Positions 13,956-26,440 are shown, numbered from the stretch's first letter. The stretch: DNA of 64,000 bases from Eledone cirrhosa (GCA_964016885.1 OZ024741.1:268708001-268772000), one strand, 5' to 3'. Notes: generated by a model from the letters alone, not told the origin. Translations and numbers: made by a program.

Positions 13956-14203
13956 ATAAGAAACGGAGAATCAGTGGTGCGACGAATTAGAATTTATTAG
14001 ACATATTACAATCGTTTCTCTGGCGACCAGCTCGAGGCACGATCGATGCAATGATCGAACCTGACTGAAGAACTTGTGATTTCAGAGTCAGGTTCGATCT
14101 TCGCATCGATCGTGCCTCGAGCTGGTCGCCAGAGAAACGATTGTAATATATCTAATAAATTCTAATTCGTCGCACCACTGATACTCCGTTTCTTATGTGA
14201 TAT
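13949..14203. repeat. About 255-bp fold-back palindrome (about 118-bp arms) next to (TA)n
   Basis: atatcacataagaaacgg...ctgact / agtcag...ccgtttcttatgtgatat with few mismatches. It contains the hammerhead 3' half GAAAcgattgta at 14134-14145. Confidence 0.9.
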
Positions 14204-14299
14204 TATAGTCTCTCTGTAAGAGCATCGAGTGCTCAAACGGCTTACCGCATACGGACGCTTTAAGCATCCCACACCAAATATGTATATATATATATATAT

Positions 14300-14339
14300 A
14301 TAGGAACAAGTAAGACCCCGGGGTCTTACTTGTTCCTAT
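14300..14339. repeat. Perfect 40-bp loopless palindrome
   Basis: ataggaacaagtaagacccc|ggggtcttacttgttcctat. Confidence 0.9.
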
Positions 14340-14415
14340 TACCCACTCTACTACCCTAAGTATTGAGTACTTTGGTGCGTTATGGTCCACCTGGTTCCTT
14401 ACCACATTTCCTTCG

Positions 14416-14635
<220 letters not shown>

Positions 14636-14656
14636 GCATATATATGTATGTATATC

Positions 14657-16236
14657 TACCTAGGGCGGGTAAAATTCCCGAGATCCATGGAAGTCTCTGT
14701 CCCTCATCATCGCTGCCATGTCCAGTGTCTGTTCTTAGGGCATCAACACATGTCAACCTCGGTCTCCCTCTTCCAGTGTGTCCATGCAGGGCTGCCACAG
14801 GAGCACTGAGTGCAGTGTCAACTTTGGATGTCGGTTAGCATGTCCAGCTAACCTCACTCTCTTCTGTGCTAATCTTGAACTGACTTTTGGGAGGCTCTCG
14901 TACAGCTCTGAGTTCTTCGTCCTCAGTGTATACTGATTAATGTTCAGAGCCATCCTCAGTATTCTTGTGTAACACTCATCCACCATCAGAGTGAGTTTGT
15001 TGGTTAGTTTCCAAGTCTCAGACCCGTACAGCAGCACAGACTCCACTGCAGCAACAAATAGATGGATCTTCAGGTCTTTACGAAGGTCCGACTTCCACAC
15101 CGATCTCAAACTGTGGAATGCCGCCCAGGCTTTGCTCTTCCTCTCGACCACATCATCTTCTGTATTCCCAATCTTTGCTCCCAGATACAGGAAGTCCTTA
15201 ACCAATTCTAGCGGCTTCCCCCCAAATTAGTAATCTTCTCTGGCTTCTTAATATTCTCTACCAGATACTTCGTCTTAATCTCATTCATTCTCAGCTCCAC
15301 ACTCATCGACACAGTCTCCACCTCCTGCATCAACTCCTCTGCCTCCTTCACTGTTTTTATCACCGGAACTATGTCGTCGGCAAATTCAGTATCCGATATC
15401 CTTTTCGCTTTAACTCTCCTGCTCTGAACCAGTGTTACAGTAAAACCGCAGTCCACTGCGGTGATAAAAAGGTAATGAGCCAATGTATCTCCATGGAGCA
15501 CTCCAGCCAGTATCTCAAAGAACTCCATCATCCCATCAGGTGTAATGACTTGGGTGTTGGTGTAAAGCAATGATATCAAGTCTTAGGGATTCCATAAACC
15601 TGTAAGATCTTCATCAGGCAGTGACGGTCCACGGAATCAAAGGCCTTCCTAAAGTCAATGAAAACCTTGACTGCAGGAAGGCTCTTTGCTCTAGCTCCCT
15701 CTAATATCCCCCTCAGCATCAGGATGTGACTGGTGGTTGATCTTCCCTCTCTGAAGCCATTCTGGTGCCGAGGAGAGAAGAAGAGGAAGTACGTCAGCTC
15801 TGCAGACCCAAAAATGTGTGCAGCCAGAGAACACCTGAAAGCTGCCAAGGACCAATTCTATGCTGATTCTACGGAGAAGAGGAAGGAGAATATGGAGGTG
15901 ATGAGGGAAGAACTCTGTACCGCTTACACTGAGGCCAGAGAGCAGGTGCTGATAGAGAAGATCAGAAGTGTGGAGAGAGTGGTTCACAGGTCTGGGTGTA
16001 AGTAGAGCTGGATGATCATCAACGAGGGAGGAAGAGAAGGTGTTCGAGTCAGATCCAGGGAGCAGGGCCTGAGGATAGGAAGAGGAAATGACTGGACCAT
16101 TTTAGGATCCTACTAGGAGAGCCGAGAGCCACCCTCCACAGCCCAGAACATTGGTGGGATCTGGCGGCTGTTTGAGGAACTGGATATTGAGACAGGACCC
16201 TTCACCTGAGAGGAGCTTCAGAGAGCCAAGAAGAAG
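14657..16236 (-). mobile_element. RTE-clade LINE (second family) with 5' inversion
   Basis: The minus strand 14657-15770 encodes QNGFREGRST, FIDFRKAFDSV, GVLHGDTLA, FADDI, FLYLG, LLYGSETW and RLAGH. The plus strand 15770-16236 encodes the upstream linker (DHFRILLG..GPFT.EEL). Confidence 0.85.
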
Positions 16237-16374
16237 ATATATATATGTAGTATTAAATTTAGAAAACCTCCGTGCAATCCTGGCAGAAGTGCATCCCTGT
16301 GAGGACTTGCAACCACCGTCAAGGAGGTCAAGAAATGCCCTGGCATCCTCGTACCGGCAGATAAGACTGGAAAC

Positions 16375-16758
16375 ATCTATAAGACCAGACTTGCCTATAT
16401 ACAAAGTGAAACCTACAGTCAGTAAGCACCTCCTAACCAAAAATACACCCATCCCACTACCCCCACCCCATCAACACCACCCCTTTCTCTGTAAAGTTAT
16501 GTTGGTGCCACAACATCCAGTCCTAAATAAATGAGGTTGTGTAGGTGTCACGACAAAAAAAAAAACCACAGTCCACGCTATAATGTGGCCGTGTAGGTAA
16601 CGTGGTAAAAACCTCCCAGTCCACACTGTAAACGTGGTTGGTGTTAGGAAGGGCAGACAGTCCTATACAAGCAAGACAACCAATCTTGCCTCACGTGGGA
16701 CAATTGTCGTCTAAACCCATGCTAGCGTGGAAGATAGACGTTAAACGATGATGATGAT
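16375..16758 (+). mobile_element. 3' UTR/tail of the main RTE family
   Basis: Homologous to 58850-59249; ends in cgttaaacgatgatgatg. Confidence 0.85.
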
Positions 16759-16861
16759 GGCACTCTGTCTAGCTCTACACCTCGACACAGAAGTGAACCT
16801 AAACATTGAGTACTCACCGGGTGAACCTACAGTAGCTCCAAGTTACACTCCCTGGATTAAT

Positions 16862-18533
16862 AACTTTACAGAGAAAGGGTTGGTGTTGGTGGGGGTGGAG
16901 TAGGGGTAGTGGGATGGGGATGTATATTTGGTTAAGAGGTGCCTACTGACTGTAGGTTTCGCTTTGTATATAGGCAAGGCTGGTCTTCTGTATTACTACA
17001 TAGCGCCAAAGATCTCGGTCCAGTGACATTGTCTTAGAGAGGTGTAAGTGTGTAAGGTCAGAATTTATCAAATCGTCCCAGGTTCTTCTGGGTCTGCCTA
17101 CTCCGTGGCTACCATCTAATTTGATCGACTTGCACTTTTTTATGCAGCTGCCGTCTTTCATGCGCATCACGTAACCATACCAACATAGTCTTCTCTCAAG
17201 TAAACATAATCTGATTCCTCTTATTCCTAATTTCTCACTTAGTTCATTTATGCTTTGCTGTTCACGTATATTACTATTACACATCCAGCGGAGCATGCAT
17301 GCTTTGTTCCTCTCCAGTCTGCGTAGAGGCCCATGTCTCACTGCCATGTAACATTGCTGTTCGTATGCAGGCATCATACAGTCTGCCTTTCATTTTTAGA
17401 GAGAAACTTTTAGTGGCCAATAGTAGTATAGGCTCTCTGAACCTTTTCCATCCCGTTCTGACTCTGGCTACTGTACTTTCAGAGCTGCTGATTTTGTCAC
17501 CCAGGTAACGGAAGGTGTCCACTATTTCTATAGAACCATCTGGGCAATAGAAGGAGCTAGTATCTTGTGGGCACTTGCTACTTATTGCACCTGAGCACCG
17601 ACCACATATAAAATCTACGTTCTTGGATAGCTTACCTGTGATCCCACTACATCTTTTATGCACCCATACTTTGCATTTGGGACATAAAATGTAATTTTTG
17701 CCTACCCCTTTCCTACACATTGAGCATGGCTATTTCCCAGAGGGGACCTGTGCCCTATTTTCCTTCCTACATATTAGAACTTTAGTCTTAGACAGGTGAA
17801 CTTTAAGGCCTTTTGATTCTAGACCAGGCTTCCATGTTTGGAATTTCTTCTAGTTCCGCCATGGATTCAGCTATGAGCGTTAGATCATCTGCATAGAGAA
17901 GCTACCATGGGCAGCCGGTCTTGAATTCCTCTGTTATAGCCTGAAGGGCAATAATAAATAGGAGGGAGCTAAGGAGAGAGCTCTGATGAACACCAACTTT
18001 TACGCTAAATTCTTCACTATATTCGTTGTTAATTTTAACCTTGCTGACTGTTTCTTTATACATGGCTTGTATAGCTCTCACAAGCCATTCATCAACACCT
18101 ATTTTTCTAAGGGCCCACCAGATAATGGCGCGGGGGACTCTCTCAAAGGCTTTCTCCAAGTCAACAGAAGCTAAGTATAGGGGTTTACTTTTAGCTAGGT
18201 ACTTCTTCTGCAGTTGTCGTACAAGGAAAAGGTCCTCTGTGGTACTTTTACCTGACACAAACCCAAACCGCATTTCATTCAAATCAATTCGCTCTCTGAT
18301 GAGTTGCGCTATAACTTTTCTGGGACCTTCATGACATGGTAAATTAATTTAATGCCTCTATAGTTTCCCCTATCTAGGGCATCTCCTTTACCCTTGTAGC
18401 AGTTAATGATGATGCTGCTACGCCAGTCATTTGGTATGACCCTGTTCTGTATGACTTGGTTTACTATCCGGGTGACCATAGTGTGTCCCACCGTTCCAGA
18501 TGCTTTCAGCATTTCAGCAACTATCTCCGAAGG
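16862..18533 (-). mobile_element. Truncated copy of the main RTE family (RT, PHD insert and C-terminus)
   Basis: FGFVSGKSTT, DLEKAFERVP, LYADDL, CPKCKVWVHKRC, FRYLGD and GRPRRTW, with frameshifts and stops. Confidence 0.92.
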
Positions 18534-18594
18534 CCTAACACAGTTTCGTCCTTCAGCCAATCGTGTATATCCCTTCTGCCTCGTCTCCCTAAAC

Positions 18595-18975
18595 AATGAT
18601 TGTAGCACCTCCTTGTACACAATGTTCCTTGTTCTTCCGTGTCGGGTATATGCAAAGAGATTTGTCTTGCTTCCCACTCTTGAGAAACCAACATATAGTT
18701 GCCCGTGTGAAAAACATGACCCTTCCAAAAGAGGACCAGCAACAGCTAGGGTCTGACCCTGGGATTGTTGATAGACATTGAAAAGCTGACACGGTTCGGT
18801 GAATGGCTCGTTGGTTGTCTGTTTCAAATGCTCTTCTGGTGGCAGTAATTTCAGCATTTTGTGACTGTCGAATAGCAGATTCCACTGACGATTCGTTTGC
18901 CCTCCTTGTTCTTTTTCTTGCCATTTTCGCAGTATTTCGGCCAATGGAGTATCTCTTCCTCCGAGGCATGGCCTA
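18595..18975 (-). mobile_element. Internally deleted Helitron (RepHel N-terminus joined to helicase C-terminus)
   Basis: MPRRKRYSIGR.. basic N-terminus abuts SQGQTL..CFSHGQLYVGFSRVGS..TRNIVYKEVL (Pif1-like motifs V and VI). Confidence 0.8.
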
Positions 18976-19129
18976 AAAGCAGGACAAAGTACATTAAGAC
19001 TAACTGGTAGAGTAAGGAGTAAACTCCTCAGTGATGCATGTGATTTCCAAGCCGTTGACTATGTAATTGCTGGTCTTGTGCCAAAAGTAGTGGGACTTTT
19101 TGGGTGGCATATCGGCAGTAACAATGATG

Positions 19130-19208
19130 ATAAACCGTCTGTGCTTTCCTGAAATGAATATGTTTGTTTATATTTTGTTTTTGTGTATGCAAAAATATCT
19201 GTACACGA

Positions 19209-19241
<33 letters not shown>

Positions 19242-19769
19242 TAACAGATTAAAGTTTAAGCAAAGAATCACTGCTTTCACCCTTATCGGGATCTTCTGAA
19301 ACTAAAGAAATCGATCTGTGAATGCAGAAGTAAATATTTCGAAAAACGTTGCAACTGAAGGAAAACAGGAAGACGATACTTTGGTTCGTGAAGACGTTCC
19401 CTGGCAATGAACAGAAAATAGCGAAGATAATATGTCAGGAATGAGAACAATGTTTTCATAATGTCGTAATGCAGACAGTCAGACATACAGACAGATATTA
19501 TAAGGGTGCGACGTTATAGCTATGTATCTATCTAAAAAGACAGACTAAGAAAGAGAGAGAGAGAGATCACTAACCAGCGCCTAACACGCCTTTAACAATA
19601 GAAAATTGAAAAATAAAAGCTGCAGTTAGTATCTTTAGACCGCAAGGAATATTTAAATGCAAGTTTGAAGTCAATCGGAGTAGAAATGTGGATTTCTATA
19701 GACTTTGCAAAAATTAGGAGACACACACACACACACACAGATAATTTCAGTTTTATATATATGTATAGA
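19130..19769 (-). mobile_element. Non-autonomous Helitron-like element
   Basis: 5' end A|TCtatacatatatataaaactg. The body is homologous to 36400-37160. Confidence 0.65.
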
Positions 19770-19771
19770 TG

Positions 19772-20346
19772 TAAACCACAGGTAAATGACAAGATATGAT
19801 GCCTATTCACAAAATTTCAGCAAATTTCAATAATATTAAGACATCCTAATGGGGGTTAAACCTCCTATAGTGAAAACTTTGGTCAATAAATGGAACAAGA
19901 TTTCATGAACTCCTCCTATGATTTTGGAGATAGACCCCTGTAATCATATATATTCTGAAACTACATTGCCCAGGGTACTTGGAAGTATATATCATTTTAA
20001 TCAAGGGGTTCCCGGGGGACACAAACCCCCGCTGAAAATTTTTTCCCTTCGATTTATATGAAATTTAAACCATAGGTAAATGACAAGATATGATGCCTAT
20101 TCACAAAAGTTTTGAATTGATATTTTGAAAAAAATTATTTACAAGAAACAAAATAAGAATAAGATTTAATAATGTAATTTTGATTTGATATATTACAAAA
20201 AATAATGTTTTCCAATTTTTCATGCATTACATTTTACATTGAATAATATTGAAATGCAGATAAATTATATCACTGATTTAAAATCAATCATCATTTTCTT
20301 ACAAAAAAAATGTGTGAAACGCAGCAAGGTGCGGGTAATTTGGCTA

Positions 20347-20347
<1 letters not shown>
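19772..20347 (+). mobile_element. Non-autonomous Helitron-like 3' part
   Basis: Ends with a cgca..tgcg hairpin then ggCTAG|T at 20344-20348. Contains an internal direct repeat aggtaaatgacaagatatgatgcctattcacaaaa. Confidence 0.6.
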
Positions 20348-20389
<42 letters not shown>

Positions 20390-20392
<3 letters not shown>

Positions 20393-20568
20393 GTTTCTAC
20401 TATTGGCACAAGGCCAGCAATTACCCAGTACATTACTGGTACTTTATTTTATCGACCCCGTAAGGATGAAAGGGCAAAGTCAACCTCGGCGGGATTTGAA
20501 CTCAGATCGTAAAGGGACGTAACTATGCTGGAAAGCATGGCGTCCGACCCTCTACCGATACTGCCAAT
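20390..20568 (-). mobile_element. tRNA-derived SINE (family A)
   Basis: Reverse complement: ttggcagtatcggtagag (A-box), gagttcaaatcccgcc (B-box), central tttcatccttacggggtcgataaaataaagtaccag (Meta-like domain, from recall), and 3' ttgtgccaa..agaaacaa. Confidence 0.85.
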
Positions 20569-20593
20569 AATGTTATATATATATATATATATA

Positions 20594-21167
20594 TCATCAT
20601 CATCATCATCATCATCATCGTTTAACGTCCATCTTTCACGCTAGCATGGGTTTGGACGGTAATTTTCCCACTTGAGGCAAGATTGGTTGTCTTGCTCGTA
20701 TAGGACTGTCTGGCGGGTTTTCTACAGCTGGATGAACTTCCTAACAACAACCACGTTTACAGCGTGGACTGGGAGTTTTTTACCGTGTTACCTACATGGC
20801 CACATTACAGAGTGGACTGTGTGTTTTTTTGTCGTGACACCTACACGACCTCATTTGTTTCGGACTGGATCTTGTGGTACCAACATAACTTTACATTGGA
20901 TGGGGTGGGGGTAGTGGGGCCGGGGTGTATTTTTGTTAGAGGTGCCTACTGACTGTAGTAGGTTTCACTTTGTACTTAGGTAAGGCGGGTCTTCTGCATT
21001 ACTGTGTAACGCCAAAGATCTCTGTCCAGTGACATTGTCTTGGGGAGGTGTAAGTGTGTGAGGTCGGAATTTATCAAGTCGTCCCAGGTTTTTCTGGGTC
21101 TGCCTACTCCGTGGCTACCATCTATTTTTATCGCCCTGCACTATTTTATACAGCTGTCGTCTTTCAT

Positions 21168-21172
<5 letters not shown>
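20594..21172 (-). mobile_element. 5'-truncated main RTE copy inserted in (TA)n
   Basis: (CAT)n tail, 3' UTR and ORF end (GRPRKTWDDL); (TA)n on both sides. Confidence 0.9.
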
Positions 21173-21204
<32 letters not shown>

Positions 21205-21207
<3 letters not shown>

Positions 21208-21500
21208 GTGTTGTGGAGAGGAGATTGCATTGGTATGGACATGTGATGCATATGAAGGACGATAGCTGTAAAAAAAAGTGCAGGGCAATGAAAATGATGG
21301 AGTGGGTAGACCAAGAAAAACCTGGGATGAGGTGATAAAAACTGATCTTGCTCAATTACACCTCTCTAAGACAATGACACTAGATCGAGACCTTTGGCAC
21401 CATGCAGTTGTACAGAAGACCCGACTGCCATTGCATACATACCTACAGTCAGTAGGCACCTCTTAACCCAATATACACCCCACCCCACACACCCTACCCA
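21205..21500 (+). mobile_element. RTE C-terminal fragment
   Basis: GRPRKTWDEVIKTDL..DRDLW. Confidence 0.85.
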
Positions 21501-21611
21501 GCCATAGGAAACCTGCCAGAAACCGGCAGCAGCACATATAAATGTGTGTATATATATATATACACATACACACATTTGCTTGTTGTATCCCAACAATTTA
21601 AATAGAACTTC

Positions 21612-21653
<42 letters not shown>

Positions 21654-21782
21654 GAAGTTCTATTTAAATTGTTGGGATACAACAAGCAAATATTTTTATA
21701 ACTGATATAAAGCACTCAACAAATTATTGGAGTAAAAATATGATATATTAACAAATGGAAACTATATTTATAAAACCATATT

Positions 21783-21847
21783 TATTTCATTATACGTATT
21801 TCAAGGACACCAAGTTAAATTATGGTGTGCTTTCATCAGATAAAATA
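21783..21847 (-). ncRNA. Minimal type I hammerhead ribozyme
   Basis: Exact reverse complement of 22003-22067. Confidence 0.8.
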
Positions 21848-22002
21848 TAATATAGAGCAGTTTTATAAATAAATATTGACATACCCTTAAAAAATGCAAC
21901 CATTTCTGTTGGAAGCTCCCGGATAGTCCGGGAGCTTCCAACAGAAATGGTCACATTCTTTAAGGGTATGTCAATATTTATTTATAAAACTGCTCTATAT
22001 TA

Positions 22003-22067
22003 TATTTTATCTGATGAAAGCACACCATAATTTAACTTGGTGTCCTTGAAATACGTATAATGAAATA
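22003..22067 (+). ncRNA. Minimal type I hammerhead ribozyme
   Basis: Stem I tattttat/atgaaata, CTGATGA at 22011-22017, stem II aag.acacca/tggtgt.ctt, GAAA at 22048-22051, palindromic TACGTA, then the UA site. Confidence 0.8.
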
Positions 22068-22112
22068 AATATGGTTTTATAAATATAGTTTCCATTTGTT
22101 AATATATCGTAT

Positions 22113-22548
22113 CATCATCATCATCATCATCATCAACGTTTAACGTCCGTGTTCCACGCTTGCATGGGTTTGGACGGGGGTAGTCCCACTTGAGGCAAGA
22201 GTGATTGTCTTGCTCGCATAGGACTGTCTGGCAGGTTTTCTACAGTTGGATGCCCTTCCTAACACCAACCACATTTACAGTGTGGGTCTGGGAGGTTTTT
22301 ACCGTGTTGCCTACACGGCCACATTACAGCGTGGACTGTGTGTTTTTTTGTCGTGACACCTACACGATCTCATTTGTTTCGGCCTCGATGGCGCGGCACC
22401 AACATAACTTCACATAGAACGGGGTGGTGTGGATGGGGTGGGGGTGGTGGTGGGACGGGGTGTATTTTGTTAGAGATGCCTACTGGCTGGAGTAGGTTTT
22501 ACTATATATTTAGGTAAGGCGGGTCTTCTCTGTTACTGAGTACCGCCA
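22113..22548 (-). mobile_element. 5'-truncated young copy of the main RTE
   Basis: Nearly identical to 58832-59249, with a (CAT)n tail. Confidence 0.9.
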
Positions 22549-22699
22549 TATATATATATATATATATGTATATATGTGAGTGTGTGTGTGTATATATATA
22601 CGTGTGTGTGTGTGTTTGTATGTATGTATGTATATATATGTGAGTGTGTGTGTGTGTATATATATGTGTGTGTGTATATATGTATATGTGTGTGTGTAT

Positions 22700-22744
<45 letters not shown>

Positions 22745-24656
22745 CCGTACGAGTGAGACATGGTCTCCCGACCATTCTCACATCAAATGGAACAAAACCG
22801 TCTAACCCATGCTAGCGTGGAAGATGGATGTTAAACGATGATGATATATATGTATATATACACGTGTGTGTATATATATATATATATATGCACATATGTA
22901 CATACACACTAATTTACTAATTTAGGGTATCACACTTTATATGTATGTATGATGCTTGTCTCTCAGTTGAAAAGCTTTGTAGATGTATCATATATAATAC
23001 AATGTGTTTCTCAAACAATATATGGCTTTTTGTTTCTATATACTATCATCATTCTTATTTCACTCTTTCCATGCTTGCATGGCTTAAACAAGTCCTTTGC
23101 AACTCAGTGGCCCTCCACCCATCCTTTCCTCTGCTCATGTCTTCCTCAGCCTATCTTTATCACATCTTCCTTCCACTCAGAATTTCTCCTGGCACTTCTT
23201 TACCCAACAATCATTATCCATGCACATTATGTACCTATACTTCAGTGCAATCTTTTCTCTTGCACACTACATCTGATACCTCTCAAACCCTACCCTGTTT
23301 TTCTTGCAACTCATCAATGTTTCACTATATATGTATACTCACATTACACATCTAACACAGCATGCAGGATTCATTTTTTTCTAGCTTCTCATCTTCCACA
23401 CATCCTCTACATTCAATGGCCAAACCCACCCTGTTTTCCCCCTCAACTTATCAGTGCTTTGCAACATGCTTGATTTGTTTCTTTCTAGCTTCTAAACTTC
23501 AACACATCTACATTCGATGTCCACTGATATATTTTATTGAATATATTTATTGACAATGTAACCTTGTAGATTAAATTTGGAGATAATATTTATCCACCAC
23601 AATATAGCAAATGACTTAATTTCATTGTCAATATATATTAGTGGCTCATTTTCCCATATATTTTTATCTTTATAGTTGTAAATTAAACAAGATGGTTACA
23701 TTAAATTTCCAAGCCATAGCTTATAGGTGTCATAGAATTTTGTCATGTTCACCAGGTTATACCTGTCATTACCATGTATATACATTTGTGTATAAGTTGT
23801 ACCATTTTCCATGAAAATACTATGTGAAAACCTAGCAGGTGACTTAGCTATAGGACTTATGAAACCTGAATTCAAAATATATGGTACATTGTATATAAAA
23901 TGGAAGAGCAACTTATATATAAGGATATCTTCTATCAATATGTTTATAATTGCTTACTCTATAGAACGTTCTGGTTTGAAGCTAGAAGACAAATTCTCCC
24001 ATTGATTCTGTCAACAATATTGTTAAGTAGTTTCTTCTTCGTTTCACAATTCTTATTTGAAACAGTCAATAAATATAGAAATGACTAGAAAATAGGGTTT
24101 GAAGTTGTTTGAGAGAAATTTCCTTTGAAATACGTATTCTTTCATCTTGAATCAAGTATTTTTATTCCTCCTTCCATAATGGCAGGGGTGGGGTGCGTGT
24201 TTATCATGCTAACGTGTGTGTGTTTGTGCATCAATAAACTATAGTTGAAGTAGAATTGAATCCTAAGGAAATCCAGATGATGTTGATAATGGAAGTGTAT
24301 CTATTCTAAGAATGCTGATAGGAAAAGAAGGCTTAAAGACTGAGCTAATTATAGAAAAATGTACCATAGGTCATTGTTTAATTACTGTATATACTTGTAT
24401 ATAAGCTAAGAAATATGTGATAATAAAATTGGGTGTCGGCTTATATTCAAGATAAGTGCAAAACTGTCAGGTTAATCAACAATTATTTTTTTTTAAAGAG
24501 AATTATTTAGAGTAGGTTTACACAAGATTCTTCAAAGGGTTTTTGAGCTCTTTTGTTTCATTAACCCTTTTGATACCAACCCACCCAAAATGAGCTTGAT
24601 CTATGAAACAAAACCACCCATTTTAAAGGGTTCCTATTTAAATTGAAATCTTTGAA

Positions 24657-24707
<51 letters not shown>

Positions 24708-24944
24708 CAACTATATGTTAAGTTAATATCTTAGAAATGAAATAATTAATAATTTTTGTAAATCACTTGTGTGATAATTGGAAACACCCGTTCTTCAATA
24801 TTTATAGATAAGGGAAAATGGAAATTATTCATTTATAATTAATTTTAACTAAACAGTTCTTATAATTGATTAAATAATTTTTACATTTCCAAATAACACT
24901 TGTTTCTCGTGTATGTTGTTTCCAATGGGAAACAACATACACGA

Positions 24945-25099
24945 GGCATAGCTGTGTGGTTAGGACATTCACTTTGCAATCTTGTGTTTTTCAGGGTTTT
25001 TCTCACTGCATAACATTTTTGGCAAGTATCTTCTACTATAGCTGCACATTAACCAATGATTTCTGAGTGAAATTGGTAGTCAGAAACTCTATGAATGCC

Positions 25100-25100
<1 letters not shown>
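24945..25100 (+). mobile_element. tRNA-derived SINE (family B), diverged
   Basis: ggcatagctgtgtggttagg head and ggcaagtatcttctactatagc core. Related copies lie at about 25990-26130 (+) and 33450-33610 (-). Confidence 0.6.
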
Positions 25101-25140
<40 letters not shown>

Positions 25141-25444
25141 ATTTCACATTTGGCTTTGCTAGTGCTGATGGTGACATTTATTTATGTCCCACATAAAAAG
25201 AAGTCTTATAGCTCAGCAGAAATGAAGTAAGGTTTGGTATCAGGAAGACTTCTGCCCACAAAAGTCTCAGCTGATTCATGCTAGCATGGAAAAATGGTGG
25301 CGCTGATGATGTTGTTAATGGGGGAGTTAGTGGTGGCAGTGGCGGTGGTGATTGTGATGGTGGCAACGATTAATTGTATGTTGCCAACATTTGAAAAAAA
25401 CTTATCAAGTAATTTAGGTAGAAAGCTTCTCACTTTGATTTCAT

Positions 25445-25725
25445 CTCATTATTACTAGTGTTTGTTGCTGTTGTTCTTGTTACTGCTGTTCCTGTTGCTG
25501 TTGTTAAGGTTGTTATTGTTACTGTTGTGGTTAAGGTTGTTACTGTTGTTGTTGCTGTTGTTATGGTTGTTACTGTTACTGTTGTCATGTTTGTTGCTGT
25601 CGTGATTGTTGTTAAGGTTATTATTGTTACTGTTGTTGTCGTGGTTGTTGTTGTTACTGTTGTTGTCATGTTTGTTGCTGTCGTGGTTGTTGTTAACTTT
25701 GTTGCTGTCGTGGTTGTTGTTAACT
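25445..25725. repeat. Degenerate (GTT)n-derived tandem repeat
   Basis: Direct reading. Confidence 0.9.
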
Positions 25726-26383
25726 TTGAGACAATTATTATAACTGTGTTTTTTGATATCTTAAGTAGGTAGTTGAGATTTTGGTCAGTGTAAAAATAAA
25801 AAAAGAGAGGTTATATATTTTTTTCTTATTGTTATTGTGTTAACCTACTTTCACAGTCAATTGATAAACTGTAACTTGAAGCAGTAACCAAATGTTTAGC
25901 ATATCAAAACTAATTAGAAATAATTTTAACTGAAATCTTACCCTTCCAACACAACTTTATGATAAATAACCATATAACTTGGCTGACTAGTTAATGAGTT
26001 TGCATTGCAACCATATGGTTTCAAGTTAAGTCCCACTGTGTGACACACAAAGGGTTCCTCTACTAAGACCTCAACTTGTCTCGTGTCTTTCTTGTGAATG
26101 AAATTTGGTTGACAGAAACTTTGAGGGAATGTATATATATGCACATATATAGAAACTACGTAATATGACAGCTGCAACTTGATAACGTCTTTCTTCCCCA
26201 TTAAGTGGTCATTGTGGTCTGTTTGCGTAAGTTGGGTTTGGGTGAATGGGTGGCCTGCATTTGATTTGCCGAATTAGAGGGTAAGTATGGTTTGTTTGGC
26301 GAGAGTCATGGGTACAGATTGGTGTTTATTTTAGGGTGTTTGTTGAGGGTTAGTAGACTGATTGGAGCAATAACGGTCTTGTT

Positions 26384-26440
<57 letters not shown>

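Larger units (their letters stand above)
21738..22112. mobile_element. 375-bp palindrome (186-bp arms, 3-nt loop) with a hammerhead in each arm; Penelope-like inverted pLTR pair
   Basis: Centre ccc gga TAG tcc ggg at 21925, with about 4 mismatches between the arms. Confidence 0.85.

Noticed and set aside
18309-18944. 211-aa helicase-RT fusion protein
   Set aside because: Chance in-frame junction of a Helitron remnant and a truncated RTE.
23690-24100. Possible Penelope RT remnant or host exon
   Set aside because: Too degenerate, with no convincing motif by eye.
25430-25772. Thr-rich mucin-like or Val-rich ORFs
   Set aside because: Degenerate (GTT)n repeat with no supporting splice or codon evidence.
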